From: Candidatus Bathyarchaeota archaeon
GTDB taxonomy: Archaea; Thermoproteota; Bathyarchaeia; 40CM-2-53-6
DNA length: 64,000 bases
Assembly: GCA_963726255.1 (NCBI GenBank)
Contig: CAVSBL010000002.1
Span: forward strand, 256,001-320,000
Reading direction: 5' to 3'
Shown here one piece after another: positions 1-9,655 of the stretch. Under the pieces are notes generated by a model. That model had not been told where the DNA came from and did no database searches. It saw only the letters and a list, made by a program, of their open reading frames with translations. Each line of letters starts with the position of its first letter. The first letter of the stretch is position 1. The position numbers and the translations under genes are program-made.

Positions 1-1328
1 GAATCTTGTAATAGCTCTCGCTCTTGCGATATCACCGTGGATATGCTTGAGATTGTTGGCGGGGATAAAGCGATGAATGTCTGTGAAATCGAAGTCGTCT
101 CTCGTTTTGATATAGGAGATATCAAAGTCAGGTTTGTGACTAGCTGTGTTACAACATTTCTTGGCATTAACCCGTTAAGGCATTGAAACGCTTCGAATTC
201 AAGTTCCCCACTCAGTCTTGCCTTAATTGCCTCGATGTCAAAAGTGGTCTGACCACTCAGACGCCTACCAATCCACACGATAATGAATGGATTCGGATAT
301 TGGGCGACAATCTCTAACTCATCAGGCACGGTGTCCTTCCCAGCAGCAACATGCAACAGTTTGACGAGATCCTCAGAGCTCCAGTCCTCAATGCGTATGT
401 CTTCGGAAAATTCTGCCAGCCTCAGGGCATTCAGTTGCTCGTTAACGGCCTGTAGTGCCGCGCTTCGTAGTGCGATAACCAGTTTCGTCGAACGCGGATT
501 AGTCTTGCACATAGTCAATAATGATCTGAGATCGTCTGTAATCGCATCTGCCTCGTCCAGGAACAAGACGTATGCTCTGCCCGGCACAAGCTCATCTCCT
601 ATCGCCTCGGTCATTGAACGCGGGCCTAGTCGGGTAGCCCATGGCTGAAAGAGATTGTTGGTTTGATGAGCTAAGCTGGCTATCTGTCGAAGAAGATGAG
701 ATTTTCCATAACCGCCTGGAGAATGTACTAGGAGAACAGTGCGGTCAGACAACAGGAATCGCTTTGCTCTTGCCAGATATTGCTCGAACGACGAATTCAC
801 GCCGTCGATTGGTAGGAGTTGCGGCGCGTTTTCGTTGAAATACAAGTTCCAAGGAACGAATTTTGGAAATTGTGGAGCGCCAAAAAAGAAGTGTCGTAAG
901 AAAGGTTGACGCTCAATCCGAATGGTCAAGCGCTCTCGATGCCAGACTTTCAGAGAAATTGAGGTGCCCGTGTTCAGTTTTTCAAGAGTGCGTACTTGAG
1001 ACGTTTTCATTTGCGCATTTGTTGCAACTCTCAAATGGTCTGCTTTGTTTTGTTTCGCCTTGTCAAGCTCTGCTTTAATCTCCTTAGTAAGTATTCGTTG
1101 GGCCTCTTTCATCGATTTGGTTGTCCACTTTGATTGTATCGACCAATGTCCGCTGAGTTCTTCCATCGGATACTCCCCGGTGAAATCACCATCAAATCCG
1201 CCATCGGCTCCGATGTAAGGGCTGCTTGGTATGAATCCTGGGGAATTGCATTCTAACGCAAAGAGGTGATTCACCAAACGCTGAAACGTCTTCTCGTTGT
1301 CTATCCTTGACCATTCGAGCGTTGACAT
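1..1328 (-). CDS. N-terminal Mrr-like PD-(D/E)xK endonuclease fused to STAND-type P-loop NTPase (Avs-like defence protein); 3' end runs off the window
   Basis: Not in the ORF track because it has no stop in the window. Manual translation from ATG at 1328 is open to base 1: MSTLEWSRIDNEKTFQRLVNHLF...GADGGFDG...WSIQSKW (nuclease motif), VLLVHSPGGYGKSHLL (Walker A), VLFLDEAD (Walker B). Confidence 0.8.
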   Translation of the reverse strand, partial: MSTLEWSRIDNEKTFQRLVNHLFALECNSPGFIPSSPYIGADGGFDGDFTGEYPMEELSGHWSIQSKWTTKSMKEAQRILTKEIKAELDKAKQNKADHLRVATNAQMKTSQVRTLEKLNTGTSISLKVWHRERLTIRIERQPFLRHFFFGAPQFPKFVPWNLYFNENAPQLLPIDGVNSSFEQYLARAKRFLLSDRTVLLVHSPGGYGKSHLLRQIASLAHQTNNLFQPWATRLGPRSMTEAIGDELVPGRAYVLFLDEADAITDDLRSLLTMCKTNPRSTKLVIALRSAALQAVNEQLNALRLAEFSEDIRIEDWSSEDLVKLLHVAAGKDTVPDELEIVAQYPNPFIIVWIGRRLSGQTTFDIEAIKARLSGELEFEAFQCLNGLMPRNVVTQLVTNLTLISPISKRETTSISQTFIALSPPTISSISTVISQERELLQD

Positions 1329-1673
1329 ATCGGCGACGCTCTACCGTAAGTAGAATGGCCCAAACCCGTATACGTTCAATTGCTGAAGAGAACGTTGTAT
1401 CTCATCTAGTCGCTCTCTCATGGTCATTATCGGCAATTTGATTCCGAGGTATTCCCACAAGTGAGAAGGCCGTATTTGTGTTGTGGACACCCGAAGGGAT
1501 TCACTGCGGCTACGTGGTGGGTCTTCACCAAATTCCGATCAAGTGAAGACAATCTTGTTCTGACCACATTTCGATATACAATAGGCTCTGTTTCTCTTTA
1601 GCGTTTGCGTCTTAGCTGAGGCTTGCGAATTTTCTGGACGTATCGAGAATCGACTCAGGGGGTGGAGCTGAAA

Positions 1674-1700
1674 GCGTCGGGGGTGGGATTTGAACCCCCC
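1674..1700 (-). repeat. tRNA 3'-end remnant (Ser-like T-arm plus acceptor strand); probable att scar
   Basis: Minus strand GGGGGGTTCAAATCCCACCCCCGACGC: T-loop TTCAAAT followed by an acceptor 3' strand resembling tRNA-Ser CCCCGGCG; no 5' half upstream. Confidence 0.6.
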
Positions 1701-1948
1701 GTAGTTCCCGTGCTTGGCTGGATGAACACAGGACCTCTATCAGTCTGCGAGCGTTTATCATCGGGCAATCTGCTCACGTTCTTGAATAGTGTGTGAACCC
1801 AATAGGGGTCCCGTAATGATCTGGGCACGCCTTTTTCCGCTCAGCCGGAACCTAAATGTAAGGATGGTTTGAACGCCGCGGCGGAGTAACACCCTTATCG
1901 TGATCATCCCTGTGATTCATATTAGCTAGGCACCCGGATGCTTGCAAC

Positions 1949-2782
1949 TTGAGCACAGGAATTTTTGTTCAGACACGTGCTCTTCAATTTCTCAGAGGTC
2001 AGTTTAACAAAGACATTGGACTTTGCTATGAGTCGCATGATCCTTCAACCCCCACCTTTCAACAGACGTTTTGGACAATGAACGATAACGGACTGGCTGT
2101 GCGAGCCTTTGAGAGGCTGGGAGATACGAACACCGCAAATATGATCGCCCAACAGCTACAGAGTCTACCGTTACCATTTGGTCATAATTCTTTCTTCAAT
2201 AATGGATGGGCTGATTGTTTCATTCATCAAGAAATCATAACACCTTCTCCGTTTCGAGGAACGCAATGCTATAGGTTTCTGAATGAAAGTGGTGAGCTGT
2301 CACCATCGATGGACTGCAAAGGCGGCCTAGAAGGAATCATGCACGAGGAAGCAAATGGTGGGCTGATGCGCGACGAAGAAAATTACTTCTTGTTGTCGGC
2401 TAGTAAAGCGCTCAATTGCCACAAGGCAGGAGACCCCACGAACAGAGATAGACTCGTTGCTCATATCGAGCAATTCTGGGATAATGACAACACTGGCTTT
2501 CGCGATATGATAGACACACCACCAGCTTCCCTGAAGAATACGATGAAGCTTGCCGTATACATAATTCTGGGAGCAAGGTGCGGTTGGCCACCGACGTTTT
2601 CTACAACTCTTCCAACGCAAGCGAAGAGACTAATGAATAGTCTTCAACTAGCCAATGGAGGCTTTGCTACGCAGTATTTCATCCACAACGGTGCAATCTA
2701 CTGGCCTCGAACCGACACCCATGGTAATATTGAAACCACCAGTGTTTGCGTATTGGCAAACATTAATCCGAACACATACTAG
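1949..2782 (+). CDS. Hypothetical protein, possibly alpha/alpha-barrel (prenyltransferase/glycosidase-like) fold
   Basis: 277-aa ORF; LQLANGGF resembles the LQxxxGGF prenyltransferase/cyclase repeat; C-terminal NIETTS. Confidence 0.5.
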   Translation: MSTGIFVQTRALQFLRGQFNKDIGLCYESHDPSTPTFQQTFWTMNDNGLAVRAFERLGDTNTANMIAQQLQSLPLPFGHNSFFNNGWADCFIHQEIITPSPFRGTQCYRFLNESGELSPSMDCKGGLEGIMHEEANGGLMRDEENYFLLSASKALNCHKAGDPTNRDRLVAHIEQFWDNDNTGFRDMIDTPPASLKNTMKLAVYIILGARCGWPPTFSTTLPTQAKRLMNSLQLANGGFATQYFIHNGAIYWPRTDTHGNIETTSVCVLANINPNTY

Positions 2783-2938
2783 AACGAACAAAGACCACAA
2801 ACAATCGAGATCAGGATATTCTCTGCAAGTAATTACTCTGAAAAATTGGGCTAATCCAATGGGGCGCAAAAGAAATAGCGACGAAACAGCCACATTTGCA
2901 GTGCGCCAAATTCCGATTCCTTCGGTGAGGAATAGACC

Positions 2939-3230
2939 TTGATGGCTTCAACTCACATGGCTTTCGGGTTCGTGTCTAGCTATTTCCTCGCTGTCGTCCT
3001 TGCTACCCGTATTGCAAGTTGGGCCTATCCGGTTATCATGCCGGTTACTGCTGTCTTCGCTCTCGTGGGTGTCTTCGGAGGATTGTTTCCAGATATCGAC
3101 CAGTTCGAGTTCTGGGGACCAACATGGATCAGAAAGTACTTATTTCATGATTTGGTTTATCTCAGCAGTTTTCGATGTACAGATTCGAGCCAAGGACCGG
3201 CAAGCGAAAGAACTGGCGATTTCCCATTGA
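2939..3230 (+). pseudogene. Truncated YdjM-like metal-dependent membrane hydrolase
   Basis: MASTHMAFG...GGLFPDIDQ N-terminal motifs present, but the HRxxTH motif is absent and the frame degenerates after about 3150. Confidence 0.55.
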
Positions 3231-3510
3231 GTGTTTGGTCACTGGGCTTATCAAGAAACTTTTTCCTGAAACTGTCAAATATATCGACCGAGGATTTAAC
3301 ATTCAGGACTTCGGCTGGCTGGGAACTTCTCATTACAGGATCTAACACTTCAACCTCAGGGCAGCGACTATTACGTTTTGACGAGATGAGAAGTCACTAA
3401 ATTGTAGTTCGGATGATTACTTAAGACAAGGGTGAAAGATTGCGCGCAGGGTTCTTTGGGTCGTCGGCTTCCTAGGTCTGCTTTCTACTATAATTGTCTC
3501 ATCATGCCTC

Positions 3511-4575
3511 GTGTCCTTCTATGGTCAGATATCGCGGCAATACGATTTCATACCTTTCAAACTTAGAGTTAGACCTGGAACAAATGGCGACGGCGGAATC
3601 TCGTTCGCACCAGGCATCATGCCCACAAACCCTCAAAATCCAATACTCAAGTCTCCTCTAAGTCTCACCAGCCCGGGCGACCTTGGTACATCGGGTGACC
3701 TAATCACCGACTGGGACACTTCTAATTGGGCAACCCTCGCTGTCGTGGACGGACGTTCTACACCAGCAATTCTAGCAGCGAATTACGGTGAGGAGGGAGG
3801 ACAGGTCGCTTACGTTACGAATCAGTTGGCGCCTTTTCCGAAACTTGTCTATGACCTTCTGGCGTGGCATTTCGATGGATCACAGAATAGGACAATCAAA
3901 ATCGCGGTTATGATCGAAAGCATGGTGCCCCCTGAGCAGATTCTCAACGACTGGGATGGGTGCTTCCAAGAAGTCGCAACATTGGCGAGTGAGAATAGAA
4001 CTTCCTGGAATATTCAGTATAGCAGAATACGAGTCTTTCAGTTGAACAACTTGGACCTCAACCGGTTTGATGTTCTGGTTTTGGCTGTAGGTTGGGGAGA
4101 CGGCTACTTTTCTACAGGCTGGAATTGGAACATCCATCAAGGCGGCGCGGCGGCGCGTCGATTTGTTGGACGGGGCGGTCTTCTTCTGTTGCCTGAAGCT
4201 GGCTTCTACGACGATTACGGGTTTTGGCTTGGGGATCGCCAAATAGTTTTTCCAGTTGCGGCTTTAGAGGCGAGTTTGAGCAGTCAGGCGAACGCATTCG
4301 CGATGGCTGGCGCATCATTGTCCGGTATTGGATTCCTGTACACGATTAAGAAGGATTACCTTACGGAACCAAGTTATGCCTGGATCACGATGTACCTCTT
4401 CTTAGTAGGCTTCATCTGGTTCATGGTACCAATCTTCTTTTCTGGAAACTTATGGGCGCAAACTTCGGTCGTCTTAACCGCGACAGTCCTTGATGGCGTC
4501 GCAATATTCTCAGCCCTTGTAGCCATTGTCTTGAGACAGATACATTCGGGAGCAGCTAATTCCACTGATCCATAA
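3511..4575 (+). CDS. Membrane protein with class I glutamine amidotransferase-like (ThuA-like) extracellular domain and 3 C-terminal TM helices
   Basis: DLNRFDVLVL...ARRFVGRGGLLLL pattern; hydrophobic C-terminus; an in-frame signal-peptide-like stretch extends upstream to 3439. Confidence 0.6.
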   Translation: MSFYGQISRQYDFIPFKLRVRPGTNGDGGISFAPGIMPTNPQNPILKSPLSLTSPGDLGTSGDLITDWDTSNWATLAVVDGRSTPAILAANYGEEGGQVAYVTNQLAPFPKLVYDLLAWHFDGSQNRTIKIAVMIESMVPPEQILNDWDGCFQEVATLASENRTSWNIQYSRIRVFQLNNLDLNRFDVLVLAVGWGDGYFSTGWNWNIHQGGAAARRFVGRGGLLLLPEAGFYDDYGFWLGDRQIVFPVAALEASLSSQANAFAMAGASLSGIGFLYTIKKDYLTEPSYAWITMYLFLVGFIWFMVPIFFSGNLWAQTSVVLTATVLDGVAIFSALVAIVLRQIHSGAANSTDP

Positions 4576-4915
4576 TCCACAAAGGCGTTCGGTTATCTCC
4601 TTTGGCATCGCCTCAAGCATAATCACGTCGGTTCGCGTCCCGTGGAATCCCAGTAGCTTAGCTCCAAGAGCGTGTTTGGATTGGGGAGGAACTTACGTTT
4701 TGAACGAAAATGGGGGAAGGAAACACTGATCAGTACTGTTTTCCGCAGCACTTACGAGGAACGATGCTATTTTCATTATACTAAATCAGATTCAGCGTCA
4801 AGCATCACGCTGAAACGATCTCAGTGCAAACTGTTCTGTGAGTCAGTTCGATTCCTTAACCGAGATAACATTCCGTAGGGAATGCGCTTACTTTAACTGA
4901 ACCGTATCACGCTGT

Positions 4916-6391
4916 ATGACTAGTAGTAATTACCGTACATGCCTAATCGTTAAGCACGGCATGGAACACTGTGTACTAGTGGTTATTTTCCGCGTCGGTC
5001 ACGCTTTCGCGTGCGTGCTTCTTGTCTTCCTAGTTGTTGTCATCGCGCAGGGTTGCGTAACTGCTCAGACTGCTCCGACAGTTGCGCCGAAAGTTACCAT
5101 CGAGCTTTCTCCCGCCACTATTAATGCTGGGTCGAACACGACTCTTGCCGTCACCGTGAGCGATCCAGGAAACTCAAGTTTCACCTACTCCCAGTTGAAC
5201 ATCACAACAATAATTCCACCCCGCTGGAAGTGCGAGTCTGATGTTGGGGCGGATTGCTCAATCCATTCAGTCCTCAATCTCATGAAGGGGCAGTCGAACT
5301 TGACTGAGTATCGAATTTCAATACCGCCGGATGCCTCGCAAGGGGACTATATGATCCACGTGCGCGTGAGTTGGAATCAAACCTATTCCGCAATATACTC
5401 GGCGCGAGTTTCAGTTCAATACGTTCTCGGACCTTCACTTCCAGGTGAAATCCCATTCGTTCTGGCAGTCATGATTCTACCGGGATTCATCGCATTCGCA
5501 ATAGGTGTTTACCTAGGTGGGTCAAAGCTAAGTGACTGCTCGGTGCTGCAACTCGTGCTCGTCAGCATTCTCTTTGGCGCATTCATTTGGCAGACTGGCG
5601 GGCTCAGCATTATTCTGGCGACCTCTAACGCGAACGTCTTACTGAAGACGCTTTCGAACACTGACTTCTTTCAGACGGCTCCTTTCGACTGGTCGAAGTT
5701 TTGGACCATCCTGAATTTGCAGAACATCTGGGTGAGAACGGGGCTGATTGCCATCGCAATTGCAATCGCGGCTCGAATTGGTTCAGTAGCGAGTTGGGTT
5801 TGGCAGAAGTTGGGATTGACATCTCCTGGCAAGCTGTGGCAATGGTGGGATAGCTTGGTAGGAGGTCCCGAAGAAGTGCGTACTACAGCTTGGGAAACTC
5901 AGATGCGTTACTCGCGTCTGAATATACGAGGGTACCGGCGTAAGATCACGCTAACCTTGGCCCAGCAAACTAAGCCGTCAGATGCAGCTAAGCCACCAGA
6001 TCAAACTAAGACGCTAACTGGATTGTTCGTCGCGGGAGAAAAGAAGGATCCACTGAATCTGATTCTGGACCCGCAATACATCGTAGAAGATGCGTCGAAT
6101 CTACATCTTGATTTTACGAGCGCACCTTTCTGGCATAGGCTCTCGTATGTAATCAGACAACGCAAAGACATGAACCATGAATTGAGTGGACTTATCATAG
6201 AGAAAGCCCTGAAAGAAGCGAGAGAGAATAACAAGAAAATATCGACTAATGATAAACTCACAAATCTCACTGGTCGAACTCTGATCCGTGAACAGGTTCT
6301 CGAATGGGAGATATCACCGGATCCAGAACCCATAGCCAAGTTTAGGATCGGTGATGGCTATGTAACTCCCTATGATAAGTCAAAAAAATAG
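4916..6391 (+). CDS. Membrane protein with N-terminal Ig-like (NEW3-like) domain
   Basis: Signal-like segment, Ser/Thr-rich beta domain (SIPPDASQGDYMIHVRV), about 3 TM helices, soluble C-terminus; true start uncertain. Confidence 0.65.
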   Translation: MTSSNYRTCLIVKHGMEHCVLVVIFRVGHAFACVLLVFLVVVIAQGCVTAQTAPTVAPKVTIELSPATINAGSNTTLAVTVSDPGNSSFTYSQLNITTIIPPRWKCESDVGADCSIHSVLNLMKGQSNLTEYRISIPPDASQGDYMIHVRVSWNQTYSAIYSARVSVQYVLGPSLPGEIPFVLAVMILPGFIAFAIGVYLGGSKLSDCSVLQLVLVSILFGAFIWQTGGLSIILATSNANVLLKTLSNTDFFQTAPFDWSKFWTILNLQNIWVRTGLIAIAIAIAARIGSVASWVWQKLGLTSPGKLWQWWDSLVGGPEEVRTTAWETQMRYSRLNIRGYRRKITLTLAQQTKPSDAAKPPDQTKTLTGLFVAGEKKDPLNLILDPQYIVEDASNLHLDFTSAPFWHRLSYVIRQRKDMNHELSGLIIEKALKEARENNKKISTNDKLTNLTGRTLIREQVLEWEISPDPEPIAKFRIGDGYVTPYDKSKK

Positions 6392-6838
6392 AGGAAAGAA
6401 CTAACTGAACATTGATTTGAAATTTACAAGCAAGAGAGGCATCGTTGTGATAGGATGGTTCAGCGTTTCCTCTATGGTAGTAAAATAGGTAAAAAGGTAA
6501 AAAGCAAATCGTCCATTTTCCGTTGCGTCCTATATATCTATCAGTTCTTGATTCTCCCACGGTTCTCCGGGCTTTCGTTTACTTCCTGAATCGTGTGTGC
6601 TCTAATGGTGCGGGTACCCAAATTTGAACAGAGGTTTGCGCCCTAGCTTCGTGTGTGTTGGTGCTATCTGTGCGATCTAACTGAGAGTATGTGCGCTGTG
6701 TTCTGAATAGCACGTCAATGAACTTGGTGCCGCTTTCTAGGTAAAAGGTGCCGTTTTCCTTGAAGGGGCCACTTGGTAGGTAAAAATGCCTTCGAAGCAT
6801 TAAAAACATGGGAATGAGCATACGCACACGGACAAAGT

Positions 6839-7048
6839 ATGTTGGACTTACCAGAGATCGACCCTCACCATCCGTATGTTCCATACGAGGCAGAGAGCAT
6901 GCGAGAAGCTATGGTAGAAGGAGAATGGGTGAAGAGAACCCGTGTCGTTACTAGAATGTCTATTTATCCTTGGGTTAAGCGCGAGTATGTCGAAGAAGAC
7001 CCCAGCAGAATTAGAACCAGAGTTATGTACACGCTTATGTGGCAGTAG
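6839..7048 (+). CDS. Small hypothetical protein
   Basis: 69-aa ATG ORF with protein-like composition; no motif recognised. Confidence 0.3.
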   Translation: MLDLPEIDPHHPYVPYEAESMREAMVEGEWVKRTRVVTRMSIYPWVKREYVEEDPSRIRTRVMYTLMWQ

Positions 7049-7151
7049 ATTTCTTAGCGTTCTGAATTAGTGTGAGCCATTTGTTCTCTCTCCTTTGCCC
7101 TGCCGCTCTTCAGTTGAGTCGGTCTGGAAGCATTTCGAACCCTTGAAAAGC

Positions 7152-7176
7152 AGGGTTCGAATCCCTTCGACCCCAC
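7152..7176 (+). repeat. tRNA 3'-end remnant matching spliced tRNA-Trp (23/25 nt), in inverted orientation
   Basis: AGGGTTCGAATCCCTTCGACCCCAC versus mature tRNA-Trp AGGGTTCAAATCCCTTCGGCCCCAC. Confidence 0.65.
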
Positions 7177-7267
7177 GAATCAGTGTGTTTGTAGTCTTCC
7201 TGTGGGAAACCTAACTAGAAAAAATGTCCAAAATAAGGCGGGGATTCGATTCTTCGAGAAATCGGTT

Positions 7268-7352
7268 TGTTCGTTTGTTCGCTGAGCCCAAATATGTTCG
7301 CTCCTTGCGAACGTGTTCGCTAGTAGCGAACATTCATATATGATAGCGAACA
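7268..7352 (+). promoter_or_regulatory. Operator array upstream of the AbiE operon
   Basis: Seven TGTTCG(CT)/(A)GCGAAC(A) half-sites, including the palindrome TGTTCGCT-AGT-AGCGAACA at 7314-7332. Confidence 0.65.
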
Positions 7353-7363
7353 CACTCTTCCCC

Positions 7364-8044
7364 ATGCGAGTTGTTCGGAATATCTTCGAAATCAAATCGT
7401 CCAGAGCAATTAGGGTCTTGTTATCTAACCCGGGCAGAAAATGGACTATCAGGGAGCTCGCATCCGAGGCCAGGGTGGCTTTCGGATATGTTCATGCGGT
7501 GGTCGCCAATCTGATGCAGAGTGGCTACTTGCTGAGGAACCAGGTCAATCGGCTGGAACTCGTTGATCCAATTCGTCTTATCAAACGGTGGGCCGCCTAT
7601 CACCAATTCAATGCCGTTAACAAGATGCTTCCCTACTACACTTTTGAAAGAGAAATAGACACTCTGATCGGTAAATTGCAGGACGTTGAGCAGGACTATG
7701 CGCTTACCTCTTTGTCGGGTGCTTGGCTTGCGGTTCCGCAGGTCAGACCTGTAATGATCGAAGCCTACATACGCGATGCTTTGCAGGCTGAGAAACTATC
7801 CAAGCAGTTGCAACTAAAGCCGATTCCGAAGGAAGGGAACGTCCGTCTGATCGTGCCATACGATGACGGAGTCTTCTACAAGGCTCAGAAAATTGAAGGA
7901 ATTCGGATTGTCTCTAATGTTCAGCTATACGTGGATCTTTACAACTACCCGGCTAGAGGAGAGGAAGCGTCATTGGCGGTGTTGGCGCTGGTCGAGAACG
8001 CTTGGAAGCAAGCGCTAATCGGTGTGACGAAGACAATTGTATGA
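7364..8044 (+). CDS. abiEi: Type IV TA antitoxin, AbiEi family (wHTH plus AbiEi C-terminal domain)
   Basis: N-terminal wHTH (WTIRELASEARVAFGYVHAVVANL); C-terminal VSNVQLYVDLYNYPARGEEA; overlaps the toxin start. Confidence 0.8.
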   Translation: MRVVRNIFEIKSSRAIRVLLSNPGRKWTIRELASEARVAFGYVHAVVANLMQSGYLLRNQVNRLELVDPIRLIKRWAAYHQFNAVNKMLPYYTFEREIDTLIGKLQDVEQDYALTSLSGAWLAVPQVRPVMIEAYIRDALQAEKLSKQLQLKPIPKEGNVRLIVPYDDGVFYKAQKIEGIRIVSNVQLYVDLYNYPARGEEASLAVLALVENAWKQALIGVTKTIV

Positions 8045-8972
8045 CCGCAAGTTGACTGAAGCCTCAAAGGGGGCTCTCCTCGAGGTTTGTATGGCGCTCA
8101 ACGATTACAGGCATGACTTTGTTCTAGCGGGAGGATGGGCTCCCTACTTCCTAAGTAGAGACCATTTCGATCACTGCGGTTCAATCGACATAGACTTAGT
8201 CTTGAAGCCCAAGGTGATACGCAGATATGAGAGCATCAAGGAAATTGTTCTCCGATTAGGTTACAAAGAAACGAGAAATCCATTCCGGTTCAATCGTGAG
8301 ATCAGCTCCTTAGACGAAACGAACAAATTTAACGTGGGATTAGATTTCTTGACCGAACCCGATAAGGAAGCTCTTGAAGAGGTGGTCAATGTCCAGGAGG
8401 ATCTCAGAGCCTCTCTGATAAGAGGATCAAGTATCGTGTTCGATTTTAACTACCCTGAGAACCTAAGCGCAAAACTCCCTGCGGGGGGCTCGGCGTCGAC
8501 GACGCTTGATGTAGCAAACGTTGTCAGCTCTATTGCCATGAAGGGTCTCGCGTTGCTACGTCTCAAAGACAAAGATAGTTACGACATTTATGCTGTTGCC
8601 GGTTTTCATACTGGTGACCCAAATGGAGCCGCTGATGCCTTCAAGAATTTGATTGGTTCGAAAGGACATGGTTTGCCATTTGTAGTGTCTGAAGCCTTAG
8701 GTACCATCACAAACGCTTTCAACTCACCCACGAGCTACGGATGCGTTGCCGCGGCACGTTTCTTAGGATCCGACGAGGTGCGTACTGATGCTTGTCAGCG
8801 AGTCACAGCGTTCCTCGATGAGATCTCCTCCAAATTAGATAGGCCCCCCACGAGTAATGACGACGCCGTCAACACAGATAGCAGCACCCACACCAACAAC
8901 CACGCAGATGCCTACCTCCTTGTCCACTCCTTTTCCCTTGCTGCTCCCAACACCATTCCCCGCTGTCGCTAA
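8037..8972 (+). CDS. abiEii: Type IV TA toxin, AbiEii-like nucleotidyltransferase
   Basis: FVLAGGWAP...GSIDIDLV and KDKDSYDIY nucleotidyltransferase motifs; the last ~45 codons overlap an antisense ORF. Confidence 0.8.
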   Translation: MYDRKLTEASKGALLEVCMALNDYRHDFVLAGGWAPYFLSRDHFDHCGSIDIDLVLKPKVIRRYESIKEIVLRLGYKETRNPFRFNREISSLDETNKFNVGLDFLTEPDKEALEEVVNVQEDLRASLIRGSSIVFDFNYPENLSAKLPAGGSASTTLDVANVVSSIAMKGLALLRLKDKDSYDIYAVAGFHTGDPNGAADAFKNLIGSKGHGLPFVVSEALGTITNAFNSPTSYGCVAAARFLGSDEVRTDACQRVTAFLDEISSKLDRPPTSNDDAVNTDSSTHTNNHADAYLLVHSFSLAAPNTIPRCR

Positions 8973-9164
8973 TTGCTGTTCAACGATGATGCCGAAATCA
9001 ACGATGACGATGATAATAGTGCTGATCATGGTCAGGCCGATAGTGACCAAGAGAGGAAAGGTAGAGAAATCTATGGGTTGAAGCTGTGTGAAGAGGCCGG
9101 TTTCGAAGCCGTGATTGATGGCAAAACTCAGAGGGAGAGAATTGAACCCATGTTGCGAATCCAT
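8835..9164 (-). CDS. Small membrane protein
   Basis: 109 aa with two hydrophobic segments. Confidence 0.4.
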   Translation of the reverse strand: MDSQHGFNSLPLSFAINHGFETGLFTQLQPIDFSTFPLLVTIGLTMISTIIIVIVDFGIIVEQQLATAGNGVGSSKGKGVDKEVGICVVVGVGAAICVDGVVITRGGPI

Positions 9165-9174
9165 ACGGTCGAGG

Positions 9175-9426
9175 TCAATCTGGTCTGTCTTTCGGAGCGC
9201 TCCCAGCCTTGCCGGGGAGTTCGATTTTGAAATGCTGCTTGTCAGCCCATTTTCCCAGCAGGTTGCCTAGTTTCTTCTGGAGTAGTTCGTGGAGTCTTTC
9301 AGCGGTCATGTCTCCGGGGTGGAAGAGCTCGATCTGATCGAACGTGTGGCCAGCGAGATGAAGCGCAACCATGTTGAAGGCTGCTCTAGCCCGTTCGGGA
9401 TCCGGTAAATGCTCCCGTTGCTCCAT
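9175..9426 (-). CDS. Hypothetical protein
   Basis: 83-aa ATG ORF. Confidence 0.45.
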   Translation of the reverse strand: MEQREHLPDPERARAAFNMVALHLAGHTFDQIELFHPGDMTAERLHELLQKKLGNLLGKWADKQHFKIELPGKAGSAPKDRPD

Positions 9427-9463
9427 GGCGAACTCTTCATATGCCGAACCTTAAGAGGGTTTA

Positions 9464-9655
9464 ATGGTTTGTGTCTTGGCTGAAGAGAAGGATTTAGTCA
9501 GCTTTGACCTGTTGAAGACTTGGGCGAAGGCGCACCTGCGGGAGGATAGCAAGTTGCGGGCGATGATTCTTGATGAGCGTGAGAATTCCCCTCGGCAGGA
9601 GATGATTGTGAAGCTTGACATGTACAACCGTATGCTTTCCCGGGAGAAGCGTTAG
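9464..9655 (+). CDS. Small integrase-associated hypothetical protein
   Basis: 63-aa ORF convergent with the integrase and overlapping its stop; purine-rich SD-like AAGAGGG upstream. Confidence 0.55.
   Translation: MVCVLAEEKDLVSFDLLKTWAKAHLREDSKLRAMILDERENSPRQEMIVKLDMYNRMLSREKR

Noticed and set aside
283-1078. Plus-strand ORFs 283-648, 641-838 and 863-1078
   Set aside because: Antisense shadows of the nuclease-STAND gene.
6486-6790. Three TAGGTAAAA copies as iterons or integrase arm sites
   Set aside because: Short, AT-rich and irregularly spaced; no replication gene nearby.
7268-7352. CRISPR-like repeat array
   Set aside because: Units are 6-8 bp in both orientations with no spacers; no CRISPR array or cas genes seen anywhere in the window.
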